Shown: in pieces, positions 17,842 through 27,520 of the stretch | How the letters are laid out: each line of letters starts with the position of its first letter | How positions within the stretch are numbered: the first letter of the stretch is position 1 | Assembly: GCA_050294405.1 (NCBI GenBank) | Contig: JBNKOC010000023.1 | Location: 16,547 to 80,546 of the forward strand | From: Fibrobacteria bacterium | GTDB lineage: Bacteria > Fibrobacterota > Fibrobacteria > UBA11236 > JADFYW01 | Direction of reading: 5' to 3' | Length of the DNA stretch: 64,000 bases | The notes under the pieces: generated by a model | Told to the model about the DNA's origin: nothing | The model's input: the letters and a program-made list of their open reading frames with translations, nothing else | Databases searched by the model: none | Position numbers and translations under genes: made by a program

Positions 17842-20232
17842 ATGCAGTTAATCTCAACATCGGGTATTCCTCTGATGCGCTTTAAATCTCATTGGCCTGC
17901 CATAAACATTTATGGTTGGCTTAAAAAATATCCAGCTTTTTACATTGCCTTTCCTGCAACCTTGGGATGCGCCTTTTACTTTCTGGATTCCTGGTTTTAT
18001 CTTCTGAGTTTTGTCGCCATTATTCTTGTTCTTGCTTTAAAGCAATTTTCCCGGGCTTTATTTTCCGCCATTTTTTTTGGGCTTTGGCTGTCTATTTTGC
18101 ACATGGTTTATCCAAAAAATTTACCACCTCAGCTCCCCCATGTTATGGAAGGTGAAATCACAAAAATCCGCCTTGATTTTCCACGGCATTTGATTTTGAA
18201 GTGGAAAAAATGGAATTTGCAAATCCAAAATCCAGATAGTTTATGGCTTAGTGGTCAAAAAATTGGAAATCACATTCAGGCTGTAAACCCTGTTCCCATT
18301 GCCATAGAAGCCATGCGAAATCCCGGAGAATTTAATCAAAAGGCCTATTTAAAGGCCTCCAATATTTCTGGAGTTTTTAAAATAGATTCCGCCATTTATA
18401 CATCCGCGCCTCCACTTTTTAAAAAATCCCTAGGTCGGGTTCAAAATTGGATAGAACATCAGTTAGATAAATATATTTCCACTCCATACTTGCCCCTAGT
18501 AAAAGCTTGCATATTGGGAAACCGCAGTTTTCTAAGCCAAAACACGAAATTGCAATTTTCTCAAAGTGGCATGTATCATTTACTAGCCATAAGCGGAATG
18601 CACATAGCCATTATTTCCCTGGTATTGCTAAAATTGCTTTGGTTATTGCGGCTGCCTAAAAAAACGGCTTATATATTGACGAGTCTTTTTTTGCTGGCCT
18701 ATATTTTTATATCCGGGCAGTCCCCTAGTGTTATTCGGGCCAGCCTTATGTTTAGCTTTGCGGCACCTGCTTTCATAAATGGCCAAAGAAGTTACAGTTT
18801 TAACTCTTTTTTATTGGCTCTTTCCTGTTGCCTTTTTTGGATTCCCTATCAAATTCAAGCACCCGGGCTTTTACTTTCCTTTTGCGCCACCTTTTTCTTA
18901 ATCCACTATTTGGGACGGCAATCCCCTAACCCAGTTCCTGCTCATTTAATGGGAAAAGCGCTAAGGGGAATAACATCCACCATAAAAATAAGTTGCTTAC
19001 TTAGCCTGGCCACCTACCCCCTTTGCGCAACCTTTTTCCATCAGGCGACCCCGATGGCCATATTTGGAAATTGCGTCACTATTATGCTTATGAGTCTTTT
19101 GATGTTATCCAGCTCTCTTTGCCTTGTGGCCTCAATATTTTGGCCATTTGGTGCGGAAATTCTAGGCAACAGCGCAGCTTTATTCGCCAATTGGCTTTTG
19201 GGTTCTGTGGAAATTATTTCAAATTTGGAATGGAGCCATTTTTATGTTAAAGCTCCCCATATGTTATCCACAACTTGTCTTTTTATCATACTTTTCTGCT
19301 GGCCTTATCGAAAACAAGATCACTTTAAAAAAACAATCTTTGGATGTGTCCTTTTACTGGCAGGCTTTTTTTGTTATTGCCAAGGCCAGAAATATTTTAG
19401 GGAAGAAGTAGAAATTAGTTTTTTAGATGTGGGACAAGGCGATGCCGTATTCATGGAATTACCGGGAAACTTTAGAGTACTTATCGACGCAGGAAAAGGC
19501 AGCTACAACAATGGCAAAGGCAAAAGCGTTATCCTTCCCTTTTTAAAGGAGCGAGGGATTCGCAATATTGACCTGGCCATAATTACCCACTCGGATTTAG
19601 ATCACTATGGAGGTTTTTTATACTTATCTTCCCAGTTACAGATAAAAAATGTGGCCCAATCTTTTTACCCCAACGATAACCGTACATGGGAAGATTTAAA
19701 CCAAAATTTCGCGGAGAAAAATATTCCCGTACATCAGCCTTTGTGCGGGGACACATTATATCATTACAAAAAGCTGGTTTTAAAAGTAGAGAGCCCGTGC
19801 CGCAACATGGAATATAAAGGAAAAAACAACAACTCCCTGGTGGTTCAATTGTACCATCCCAATGGAAATATATTGCTTACAGGAGATGTTGAGGAAGAAG
19901 CGGAAATAAATTTAAGCCAAAGGAACTGGAAAAAGGTACATATTTTAAAACTGGCCCACCACGGCAGCAAAACATCCTCCCACCCCGACTTGTTGGAAAA
20001 GCTGCAACCAAACATAAGCATTGTTTCTGCGGGGAGAAAAAACTCCTATGGTTTTCCCCATGAGGCCACCTTGAAAAATCTTGAAAAATTAAAAACCCGG
20101 GTTTTAAGCACCCAACAAAAAGGATACATCGCCTTTAAAACCGCAAAAAATTCCAAAAACTGGGAAAGAAGCGATTTGAATCGAAGTTTGAATCCCCCCT
20201 TAGAGGAATTTGATTATTATGCCAATAAATGA
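17842..20232 (+). CDS. comEC: DNA uptake competence protein ComEC/Rec2
   Basis: RNPGEFN, GMYHLLAISGMHI, SPSVIRASLM, FLDVGQGDA, THSDLDHYGG, LLTGDVE and KLAHHGSKTSS. Start codon uncertain. Confidence 0.93.
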   Translation: MQLISTSGIPLMRFKSHWPAINIYGWLKKYPAFYIAFPATLGCAFYFLDSWFYLLSFVAIILVLALKQFSRALFSAIFFGLWLSILHMVYPKNLPPQLPHVMEGEITKIRLDFPRHLILKWKKWNLQIQNPDSLWLSGQKIGNHIQAVNPVPIAIEAMRNPGEFNQKAYLKASNISGVFKIDSAIYTSAPPLFKKSLGRVQNWIEHQLDKYISTPYLPLVKACILGNRSFLSQNTKLQFSQSGMYHLLAISGMHIAIISLVLLKLLWLLRLPKKTAYILTSLFLLAYIFISGQSPSVIRASLMFSFAAPAFINGQRSYSFNSFLLALSCCLFWIPYQIQAPGLLLSFCATFFLIHYLGRQSPNPVPAHLMGKALRGITSTIKISCLLSLATYPLCATFFHQATPMAIFGNCVTIMLMSLLMLSSSLCLVASIFWPFGAEILGNSAALFANWLLGSVEIISNLEWSHFYVKAPHMLSTTCLFIILFCWPYRKQDHFKKTIFGCVLLLAGFFCYCQGQKYFREEVEISFLDVGQGDAVFMELPGNFRVLIDAGKGSYNNGKGKSVILPFLKERGIRNIDLAIITHSDLDHYGGFLYLSSQLQIKNVAQSFYPNDNRTWEDLNQNFAEKNIPVHQPLCGDTLYHYKKLVLKVESPCRNMEYKGKNNNSLVVQLYHPNGNILLTGDVEEEAEINLSQRNWKKVHILKLAHHGSKTSSHPDLLEKLQPNISIVSAGRKNSYGFPHEATLKNLEKLKTRVLSTQQKGYIAFKTAKNSKNWERSDLNRSLNPPLEEFDYYANK

Positions 20233-20241
20233 TAGTTTTAT

Positions 20242-20775
20242 GTGATATCATTTCTTTATTTTTTAAATATGTATTCAAACGACCCTTTTCATAACGACGA
20301 CGCCATCCGAAATATATATGACAAAACCGAAATCCGTCGCAAACCCATAACGGGCATAGTTTCGGGCTACCATGTTCTTCCCTATATTTTAGTGGGGCCC
20401 GATAGCCAATCCAGCGATATTTCCATAAAATTAAAAGGGGAAATTCGGGTCAGCCCCAAATTGATTTTTTCCATTAACCCCGATGGCCTAAAATACGAAG
20501 ATGTATTTGATGAAAGCAAGCTGGAAATGTCCGAAGACATTGTGGGGCGTATTTTTTCTTTCCGCTCTCCCAAGTTCAACAATATGGAAATAAAAGGCGA
20601 GCAATTATTTATTGAAAAACACAGCATGCCCCATTCACAGCTTTTGGAAGATGTATTGGACGAGCTCACTCAAAAAGAAATTATTAACACAGGCGTTATT
20701 GGTTGCCCTCAAACCAAGTTTTACCCGGTGAGTTTGGAAAAATATATCGCCTCTATACTGGATAAAGAATTTTAA
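20242..20775 (+). CDS. Hypothetical protein
   Basis: Well-formed soluble ORF directly after comEC. No family recognised. Confidence 0.6.
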   Translation: MISFLYFLNMYSNDPFHNDDAIRNIYDKTEIRRKPITGIVSGYHVLPYILVGPDSQSSDISIKLKGEIRVSPKLIFSINPDGLKYEDVFDESKLEMSEDIVGRIFSFRSPKFNNMEIKGEQLFIEKHSMPHSQLLEDVLDELTQKEIINTGVIGCPQTKFYPVSLEKYIASILDKEF

Positions 20776-20841
20776 AAGGCCTTCTAAAAATCCCATTAAT
20801 ATTAGAATAACTTAAGGGCAGCTCTAAAAATTAAAACCGGC

Positions 20842-21984
20842 TTAATTCAGCAAATCCAAAACCCTATCTGTATACCATTGGTGCTCGGGGTTTTTGCCAA
20901 AACTGTGCAAATATTTTTTCGCTAACTCTTCGGCCAACCTTGGTTTGTCCAAAGCATAATTCACACTGATTAGATAAATATAAGCCATTAACAAATCATT
21001 TGTGGTTTGGTTTTGGGGGTGTTCCACCATTGCTGTCAACCAAACATGGGCCGTAGTAAAGGCGTTTTCCCGCTCAGCTCCCGGCGAAGCGAATTTCGCG
21101 GAAAGTATATTTGCCCGAGCCACTTCTATGCTGCGGATTTGAGATTTTTCCTTGGCGATTTCTCTTAAAGTTTTATCATAATATTGCCAGGCATGAAAAG
21201 CCGCAACCGTTTCCCGGGGCAAGCTAAAAAAGGATTTGGCATTTGATTTGTGGTAATCTCCCAGTAAGTTACCACGGGTATTTAAGTTTTTGGTAATTCT
21301 TTCTTTTTGATCCTGATCCAAAATGCTAAGGATGATTCCCTCTGGCAGTATCACTGTAAAATGTTCCAACCTGGCGCTGGAAAAAAAACATCTGTGGCAT
21401 ACAGCCACTTCATAAAGTTCAAAATCCACGTCATTTTCAATATTGGATTTGGCTTTGTATTGGGGAGTAATTTCGTGTTCTTCCCAGACCAAATCATGCT
21501 GGGTCTCATCCACCATGTATCCAATAATTCCCTCAGTATTACACATGGGGCACTTGAGAGAAAGCCTTCTAATGGGGCCCGATCCCATGGCCACGCCAAA
21601 ATATTTCTTTTTTAATTCTTCAGACTCTTGGGTAAAGGAATCTTCAAACTCGGCCAGATTAGCAAATACGGCAATTTCCTTATGCAATTCTCTGCTTTCA
21701 AACTCCTCTTTAAAAGAGGGGGCCATTCCAAAAATAGCGAATATTTTTTGGGAAACCTTAGCCGTTTTAGCAATGTTATGCATAAAACGAAATCCGCTGG
21801 CATCGATGGATGTGATTTCTGTTAAATCAAAACAAATATGGTAGTCGTTATTTTCCAACGCCTCAGCCAAAGCCTCTTTCAAAGAAAAACAACCAGGCGT
21901 GTCCCAATCACCGGATAAGTGAAAAGTGGTGTAATAACCCTTTTGGCTATGGCTGATTTCCATAGTCCAAGTATAAAAAATCAA
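20842..21984 (-). CDS. STAS (anti-anti-sigma) domain fused to a CxxC/CxxC DUF2225-like domain
   Basis: N-terminal LSGDWD...FDLTEITSIDASG STAS signature, then LKCPMC and LYEVAVCHRCFFSS, and a helical C-terminus. Confidence 0.7.
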   Translation of the reverse strand: MIFYTWTMEISHSQKGYYTTFHLSGDWDTPGCFSLKEALAEALENNDYHICFDLTEITSIDASGFRFMHNIAKTAKVSQKIFAIFGMAPSFKEEFESRELHKEIAVFANLAEFEDSFTQESEELKKKYFGVAMGSGPIRRLSLKCPMCNTEGIIGYMVDETQHDLVWEEHEITPQYKAKSNIENDVDFELYEVAVCHRCFFSSARLEHFTVILPEGIILSILDQDQKERITKNLNTRGNLLGDYHKSNAKSFFSLPRETVAAFHAWQYYDKTLREIAKEKSQIRSIEVARANILSAKFASPGAERENAFTTAHVWLTAMVEHPQNQTTNDLLMAYIYLISVNYALDKPRLAEELAKKYLHSFGKNPEHQWYTDRVLDLLN

Positions 21985-22034
21985 TCGCCACCAATTAAGA
22001 AAAAAGAGCTAATTTTAAAGGAAAGGGGAAAATT

Positions 22035-23606
22035 TTGGCCATTGCAATTCTAAAAACCAAGCAAATCCAACAGTTGGAATCCATCGCCCAGAGGAAAGGA
22101 GAAATCAGCGAAAGCCACATGATTTCCCAGGCTGGTTTTAAAGTTTTTCAATGGACCCATGAGTTTTGCCAAGCTGAAAAAATATCTAATGATAAAATCT
22201 GGGTTATTTGCTGCGGAACCGGACACAACGGAGCCGATGGTTTGCAATGCGCCCTATACGCTGCCGAGTTCGGCTACAAAATCCATGTTTATCATGTCCC
22301 CGCCAAAAAAAGCTATTCAAAAGAAACGCAAACTTTGCTGCGGCAATTAAAGTCCATGGGTATACATACATACCCGTTGGAAAGGGCAAGCCAATTGAAA
22401 ATACCCATTCATGCTGGTTTGGTTGTGGATGCCTTACTGGGTAGCGGGCTTTTATCTCCCGCCAAGACTAACTACGCAAAACTATTTTCAAAAATCAACG
22501 CACTTAATATTCCAGTTTTATCTGTGGACTTACCTTCTGGAATGCCTTCCGAGGAGCAAAAAGATTGGCCATGTATTAAAGCCACTCAAACTTTTCAATT
22601 GGGCGCCGGAAAAATTTCCTGTTTCTTTTTTCCAGGACTCCATTTTTGCGGCGAGATTAAAACCAGCTCCTTATGTTTTTCACCCTGGTTAAAAGAAGTA
22701 GAAACCCCGGTTTTAAAATGCGAACTTCTTGAAGAAAAAGACGTCGCCAGGCATTATCAGCCTCCTCAAAAAGAGGGACACAAATACCAAAAGGGAAAAG
22801 TCACCATTATTGCAGGCTCAAAGGGAATGCACGGTGCAGCTCTTCTAGCCGCTGAAGCAGCCCTTTCGGCAGGAGCGGGAATGGTTAGGCTTATTGTTCC
22901 TCCCAACTTAGCTAACATCGTTCAAAAAAGAATAAAAGAAGTGATTAATGTGGAGCTTAGTGAAATTCCATCTTTAAATGGAAACCACTTTCATCCTGAA
23001 CATTTACCTCAAATGGAACAATGGATAAAATGGTGCGATAGCTTGATTTTGGGACCTGGTATCAGCAAAGAATATGGCCCTCAGGAATTGGTCCGAAAGA
23101 TTTTAAAAAAGCATGCGAAAACTGTAGTATTGGATGGTGATGGGATTTTTGCCCTTGAGGGAATTAAAAGCAAAGGTTCCATTAAGGCAAAAGTTACAGC
23201 CACACCTCATTCCGGGGAATTCCAAAATATAGGGGGAATGTACCAAACACAAGCTCCTTGGGAATTAGTTAAAAACGCAATCCATATTGCGAAAAAATTT
23301 AACATCCATTTGATTTTAAAAGGCCCCACTACTATGTATTCAAGCCCAATGGGGCAAGTACGCATATTGCCCCGCGGTTCCAGTGGTCTTGCCACCGCAG
23401 GTTCCGGGGATGTGCTTGCCGGTGCCCTGGGAACCCTCCTTTGCCATTTCCCCGTAGAAAAAGCCTGTGCTATGGCGGTTTCACTGCACAGCGCCGCCTC
23501 GATTTTGGAAGAAAAAAAAGTCTCTTCAAGGGGAATCAAGGCGTCTCGGCTTTCCGCTCACTTCGGGCAGGTTTATCAAAATTGGGAAAAAATTCGCCAA
23601 GCTTGA
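22035..23606 (+). CDS. nnr: Bifunctional NAD(P)HX epimerase/dehydratase (YjeF/Nnr)
   Basis: CCGTGHNGADG, VVDALLGSG, SVDLPSG, GHKYQKGKVTIIAGS, TPHSGEF and LATAGSGDVLAG. Confidence 0.9.
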   Translation: MAIAILKTKQIQQLESIAQRKGEISESHMISQAGFKVFQWTHEFCQAEKISNDKIWVICCGTGHNGADGLQCALYAAEFGYKIHVYHVPAKKSYSKETQTLLRQLKSMGIHTYPLERASQLKIPIHAGLVVDALLGSGLLSPAKTNYAKLFSKINALNIPVLSVDLPSGMPSEEQKDWPCIKATQTFQLGAGKISCFFFPGLHFCGEIKTSSLCFSPWLKEVETPVLKCELLEEKDVARHYQPPQKEGHKYQKGKVTIIAGSKGMHGAALLAAEAALSAGAGMVRLIVPPNLANIVQKRIKEVINVELSEIPSLNGNHFHPEHLPQMEQWIKWCDSLILGPGISKEYGPQELVRKILKKHAKTVVLDGDGIFALEGIKSKGSIKAKVTATPHSGEFQNIGGMYQTQAPWELVKNAIHIAKKFNIHLILKGPTTMYSSPMGQVRILPRGSSGLATAGSGDVLAGALGTLLCHFPVEKACAMAVSLHSAASILEEKKVSSRGIKASRLSAHFGQVYQNWEKIRQA

Positions 23607-23672
23607 TTTCCCTCCTATTTCAAAAAAAAATTAAAGAATGCCTTTGAGCTCAAAGGAGTTATATTTAGCCCA

Positions 23673-24572
23673 ATGGAAAGCAAAAACAAACGCATCCGAA
23701 AAATAGGGATTTTAGCTTATAAAGAAATGGAGGATGTATTTGAGACCATCGAAAGGATCATCCACTGGACAAGGGAAAACCCCGGAATCTTTGACATTCT
23801 GATTTCTGAAGATATTAAGCCGCAAAAATTTCCCAAGCAGTTCCTAAAAACCAATAGCTATTTAAGAAACCATGCCGATTTGATTTTATCTCTGGGGGGA
23901 GATGGCACTTTTTTATCCGCCGCCAGATTGGTAATTGGAACAGGAGTTCCCATTTTAGGAGTAAACCTGGGACGCAAAGGCTTTCTAGCAGACGCTTCTC
24001 TCACAAAACTTCCCGAAATTTTAGATCAAATACATAAGGGAGAATACAGCCTTCGCAACAGGCTTATGTTAAAAGTGGTTGTATACAATGGCCGAAAGAA
24101 AATATTCGAAGATATTGCATTGAATGATATTGTATTCACAGGAAAAATGGGACAAGAGCTTATTGATTTGGAAGTGGAAGTCAACGAAGAGTACCTGACC
24201 AACTATTGGGTAGACGGTTTGTTAGTAAGCACTCCCACTGGAAGTACGGCCTACAGCTTGTCTGCAGGAGGGCCCATCCTGCATCCGGCTACAGACAATG
24301 TGCTGCTTACGCCTATAAACCCCCAAAGCCTATCTGTTCGGCCCTTGATTTTCCCAGCCCATCACAAGCTAAAAATCAAAAGCAATAACCCTGCAAAAAA
24401 ATTCGTTAAAATGGTTTCGGACGGAAGGCAAAAAATCCAAATCTTGCCTGCTTACAGCATTCAAATCACCAAGCATAACATCAGCACTTCTATTCTCCGG
24501 CTTAAGGGCATGACTTATTTTGAAGCTGTGCGAAAAAAATTAGGCTGGAGCGGGTACCACGGGATAAAATAA
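23673..24572 (+). CDS. nadK: NAD kinase
   Basis: LGGDGTFL, GVNLGRKGFL, ALND and DGLLVSTPTGSTAYSLSAGGPI. Confidence 0.95.
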   Translation: MESKNKRIRKIGILAYKEMEDVFETIERIIHWTRENPGIFDILISEDIKPQKFPKQFLKTNSYLRNHADLILSLGGDGTFLSAARLVIGTGVPILGVNLGRKGFLADASLTKLPEILDQIHKGEYSLRNRLMLKVVVYNGRKKIFEDIALNDIVFTGKMGQELIDLEVEVNEEYLTNYWVDGLLVSTPTGSTAYSLSAGGPILHPATDNVLLTPINPQSLSVRPLIFPAHHKLKIKSNNPAKKFVKMVSDGRQKIQILPAYSIQITKHNISTSILRLKGMTYFEAVRKKLGWSGYHGIK

Positions 24573-24573
24573 C

Positions 24574-26250
24574 ATGCTCACAGAATTAAATGTTAAGAAT
24601 CTGGTTTTAATAGATGAACTACATTTAAAATTCAGTTCAGGTTTTACCGCCATCACCGGAGAAACCGGAGCGGGAAAATCGGTTTTGCTCAACAGCCTTA
24701 AAATACTTCAGGGAGAAAAAGCCAAACCATACATTCGTAAGAACGAGGACTTTCTCAAGGTAGAAGCCTGTTTTAACATTCCTAACTCCCCGGAGTTATA
24801 CAGTTTTCTGGAGGATTTGGAAATTGACACGGACGAGGAAGAATTGATTCTGGAACGGCACGCTCTGGCCACAGGTAAAAACCGTTGCCGCATTAATGGA
24901 ACCATCGTAAACATAGGGCAATTAAAAAAAGTCTGCGAATACTTATTTACCATACACGGCCAAAACGACCAACAACATTTAAATGCGAAGAACCAGCTTT
25001 TGCTTTTAGATCATTTTGCCGGAGCACATGGATTGCGCAATGATTTTACCAAGGCCCACAGCCTTTGGAAAAAAGCACAAAGCGATTTATGGGATTTTAA
25101 AGAAGATTTAAAAAACATCAGCCAGCAGCAGGAGTTTTTCGCTTTCCAATACAAAGAATTAAAAGAAGCTAATTTAAAATTAGGCGAAGAAGAAAAAATT
25201 GAGCAAACATTAAAAGAATCAGCTTCCATTGAAAAAATCAACAAACATCTTTTAACAGCTCTGGATTGCTTTGAAAATAACGGCAGCAACCTGCCAGATT
25301 TAATCAGCCAACTTAAAAAAAGTTTAATGGAGCTTTCCAAATACAGTTCAGAATTTTCCGAAGCGAGCGAAATGGCCGAATCCCTATTTTCGACAATTCC
25401 TGAAATACATCGAGCCATTTCTAACTATCAGATTCCCGGTGACTTAAGCCCAGAAAAAATAGACGTGCTCAACGCCACCCTGGCCCGGTGGCAAAAACTA
25501 AAGTCCAAATACAAAATGGATATGGAAGGCTTAATTGAGCTCAGAGAAAAGAGGAAAAAAGAATTAGAAACATCAAGGGACAGCTCAGCGCTTTTAAAAG
25601 ATTTGGAAAACGAGCTCCAATTGCATTTCAAAAGAGTTTTGGAAATCGGCAAAACCCTAAGCGAAAAGCGCAAACAAGGCAGCAAAAAATTTGAAAAAGC
25701 TGTAAACGCCAACCTATCCCATTTAGGAATGGCCGGAGCCGAAATTCTTTGCAGTTGGCAAGCTTCTTCAAATTTAAATGCCGATTCAGACGACATTTCT
25801 CCTCTGGGATTGGAAAAATTGGATCTACAATTAAGACCCGCAAAAGGTCTCGATTCAAAACCCATTACTCAAATTGCCTCGGGGGGCGAAACTTCCCGAA
25901 TTATGTTAGCCATTAAAACTGTGCTCAGCCAAAGCGACCCCATCCCCTTATTGGTATTTGATGAAATAGATGCGGGCATTGGCGGCATTACCGGAAATCG
26001 GGTGGCCGAAAGCCTGAAAAAAACTTCTGAGCACCATCAGGTTATCGTTATCACTCATTTGCATCAGGTGGCTTCCCAGGCAGAATGGCAAATGCAGGTT
26101 GAAAAACAGCTACTCAAAGGGCAAACTCAAACCCAGGTTCGCGAGTTAACTGCCGAAGAGCGCGTACTGGAGCTGGCCCGCATGATGGGTGATTCCAATT
26201 CAGAGCAAACCCTTAAACACGCTCAAAAATTACTGGAAGAAAATTTGTAG
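24574..26250 (+). CDS. recN: DNA repair protein RecN
   Basis: ITGETGAGKS, IASGGETSRIMLA, VFDEIDAGIGG and ITHLHQVAS. nadK-recN synteny. Confidence 0.95.
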   Translation: MLTELNVKNLVLIDELHLKFSSGFTAITGETGAGKSVLLNSLKILQGEKAKPYIRKNEDFLKVEACFNIPNSPELYSFLEDLEIDTDEEELILERHALATGKNRCRINGTIVNIGQLKKVCEYLFTIHGQNDQQHLNAKNQLLLLDHFAGAHGLRNDFTKAHSLWKKAQSDLWDFKEDLKNISQQQEFFAFQYKELKEANLKLGEEEKIEQTLKESASIEKINKHLLTALDCFENNGSNLPDLISQLKKSLMELSKYSSEFSEASEMAESLFSTIPEIHRAISNYQIPGDLSPEKIDVLNATLARWQKLKSKYKMDMEGLIELREKRKKELETSRDSSALLKDLENELQLHFKRVLEIGKTLSEKRKQGSKKFEKAVNANLSHLGMAGAEILCSWQASSNLNADSDDISPLGLEKLDLQLRPAKGLDSKPITQIASGGETSRIMLAIKTVLSQSDPIPLLVFDEIDAGIGGITGNRVAESLKKTSEHHQVIVITHLHQVASQAEWQMQVEKQLLKGQTQTQVRELTAEERVLELARMMGDSNSEQTLKHAQKLLEENL

Positions 26251-26294
26251 GCTAAGATTTACCCTGCATCGCTTCTTTTTTATTTTCCAAAACG

Positions 26295-27515
26295 ATGAAT
26301 TCTTCTAAAAATATCGAAAAAATCAGAACCTCAGCCAGAATTTGGTACAGCATTAAATTGCTTTGCATTGGCGGCACAGTGGCTTGTTTGTTATTGGATA
26401 AAAACATAACCGCCGCTATTTTACTTTGCGCCTCCCTTTTTATGGGGTTTCATACCAGCTTTAAACTCAAGCAAGAGGATGTGGAAGCCCCTCTGCAAAA
26501 ATTTTGGTTTGGGCTATTGGAAAAAACTCTGGGAAACTTGCTCTTTCTCATTTTGTTTTTGCGGATTATCTGGAACCCCGCGGAAGATTTTCCAGCAGTT
26601 TTGTGTTTTGGTCTGGTTATCATAACCTTGCGCAATTTGTTTTATCTGTCCTTTTCCATTGGAATGCTCCGCGAGCAAAAGGCGCTACCCCTAAACTCCA
26701 TATGGGGGAAAATCACCACCACTTCTCTAAACATAACCCTTATCATATACACTCTTCGCATTGAACACTTTCAACTAAAGCTCTGGAAGCTGGAAAAAGA
26801 TGTGCAAAATCTTTCCAACATTTCCATGGTCATTTCTCTGCTACTGATGTTTGCTACTATCATTGGCTATCTTTATTTTTATTACCGCGACCCCGATCAC
26901 AGAAAACCCATAAGCGTGGCCACCCAGCTCACCATGAGCCGAATTATCTTAAGCCCCATATTTATCTGGGTATTTTTTTACGACAATAATCTGGAATACC
27001 AGGACAATAATCTGATTTTTAAAACAGTGGCCTTAATATTGGTCATCTTTTTTGCAGTGAGCGACGGGTTAGACGGTTACCTGGCACGTAAACTAAAAGA
27101 GGTTTCTACCCTGGGAAAATATCTGGACCCGTTTTCAGATAAAATATCCACCATGAGTATTTTTTTGTGTTTCCTGGCCTCAGGTTATGCCACTGTGTGG
27201 ATGATAGCCCTTATATATTTTAGAGAAGCTACCATAGAAACCCTACGCACTTTAGCTGCAGGTGAGGGCATAGTCATAGATGCCCGCCGTAGCGGAAAAT
27301 GGAAAACAGGAATTCAGGTGGGAGTCACCATTACCATTTTAACAGGCACCATAGCCGACACGCTGCTTATGAAATGGAGCCTGTACCACAGCCATTGGCT
27401 GCCTGTATGGGATTATATACCGCACACTTTAATGTATATAGTCACTGTGATAACTATATTGAGCGGCGTGGATTATATTGTTGCCAATAATAAAGTCCTA
27501 AAGCGCTTTATTTAA
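26295..27515 (+). CDS. pgsA: CDP-alcohol phosphatidyltransferase (PgsA-like) with a duplicated, degenerate N-terminal half
   Basis: The C-terminal half has SDGLDGYLARKLKEVSTLGKYLDPFSDK, REATIETLR and GKWKT. Confidence 0.75.
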   Translation: MNSSKNIEKIRTSARIWYSIKLLCIGGTVACLLLDKNITAAILLCASLFMGFHTSFKLKQEDVEAPLQKFWFGLLEKTLGNLLFLILFLRIIWNPAEDFPAVLCFGLVIITLRNLFYLSFSIGMLREQKALPLNSIWGKITTTSLNITLIIYTLRIEHFQLKLWKLEKDVQNLSNISMVISLLLMFATIIGYLYFYYRDPDHRKPISVATQLTMSRIILSPIFIWVFFYDNNLEYQDNNLIFKTVALILVIFFAVSDGLDGYLARKLKEVSTLGKYLDPFSDKISTMSIFLCFLASGYATVWMIALIYFREATIETLRTLAAGEGIVIDARRSGKWKTGIQVGVTITILTGTIADTLLMKWSLYHSHWLPVWDYIPHTLMYIVTVITILSGVDYIVANNKVLKRFI

Positions 27516-27520
27516 AAAAT

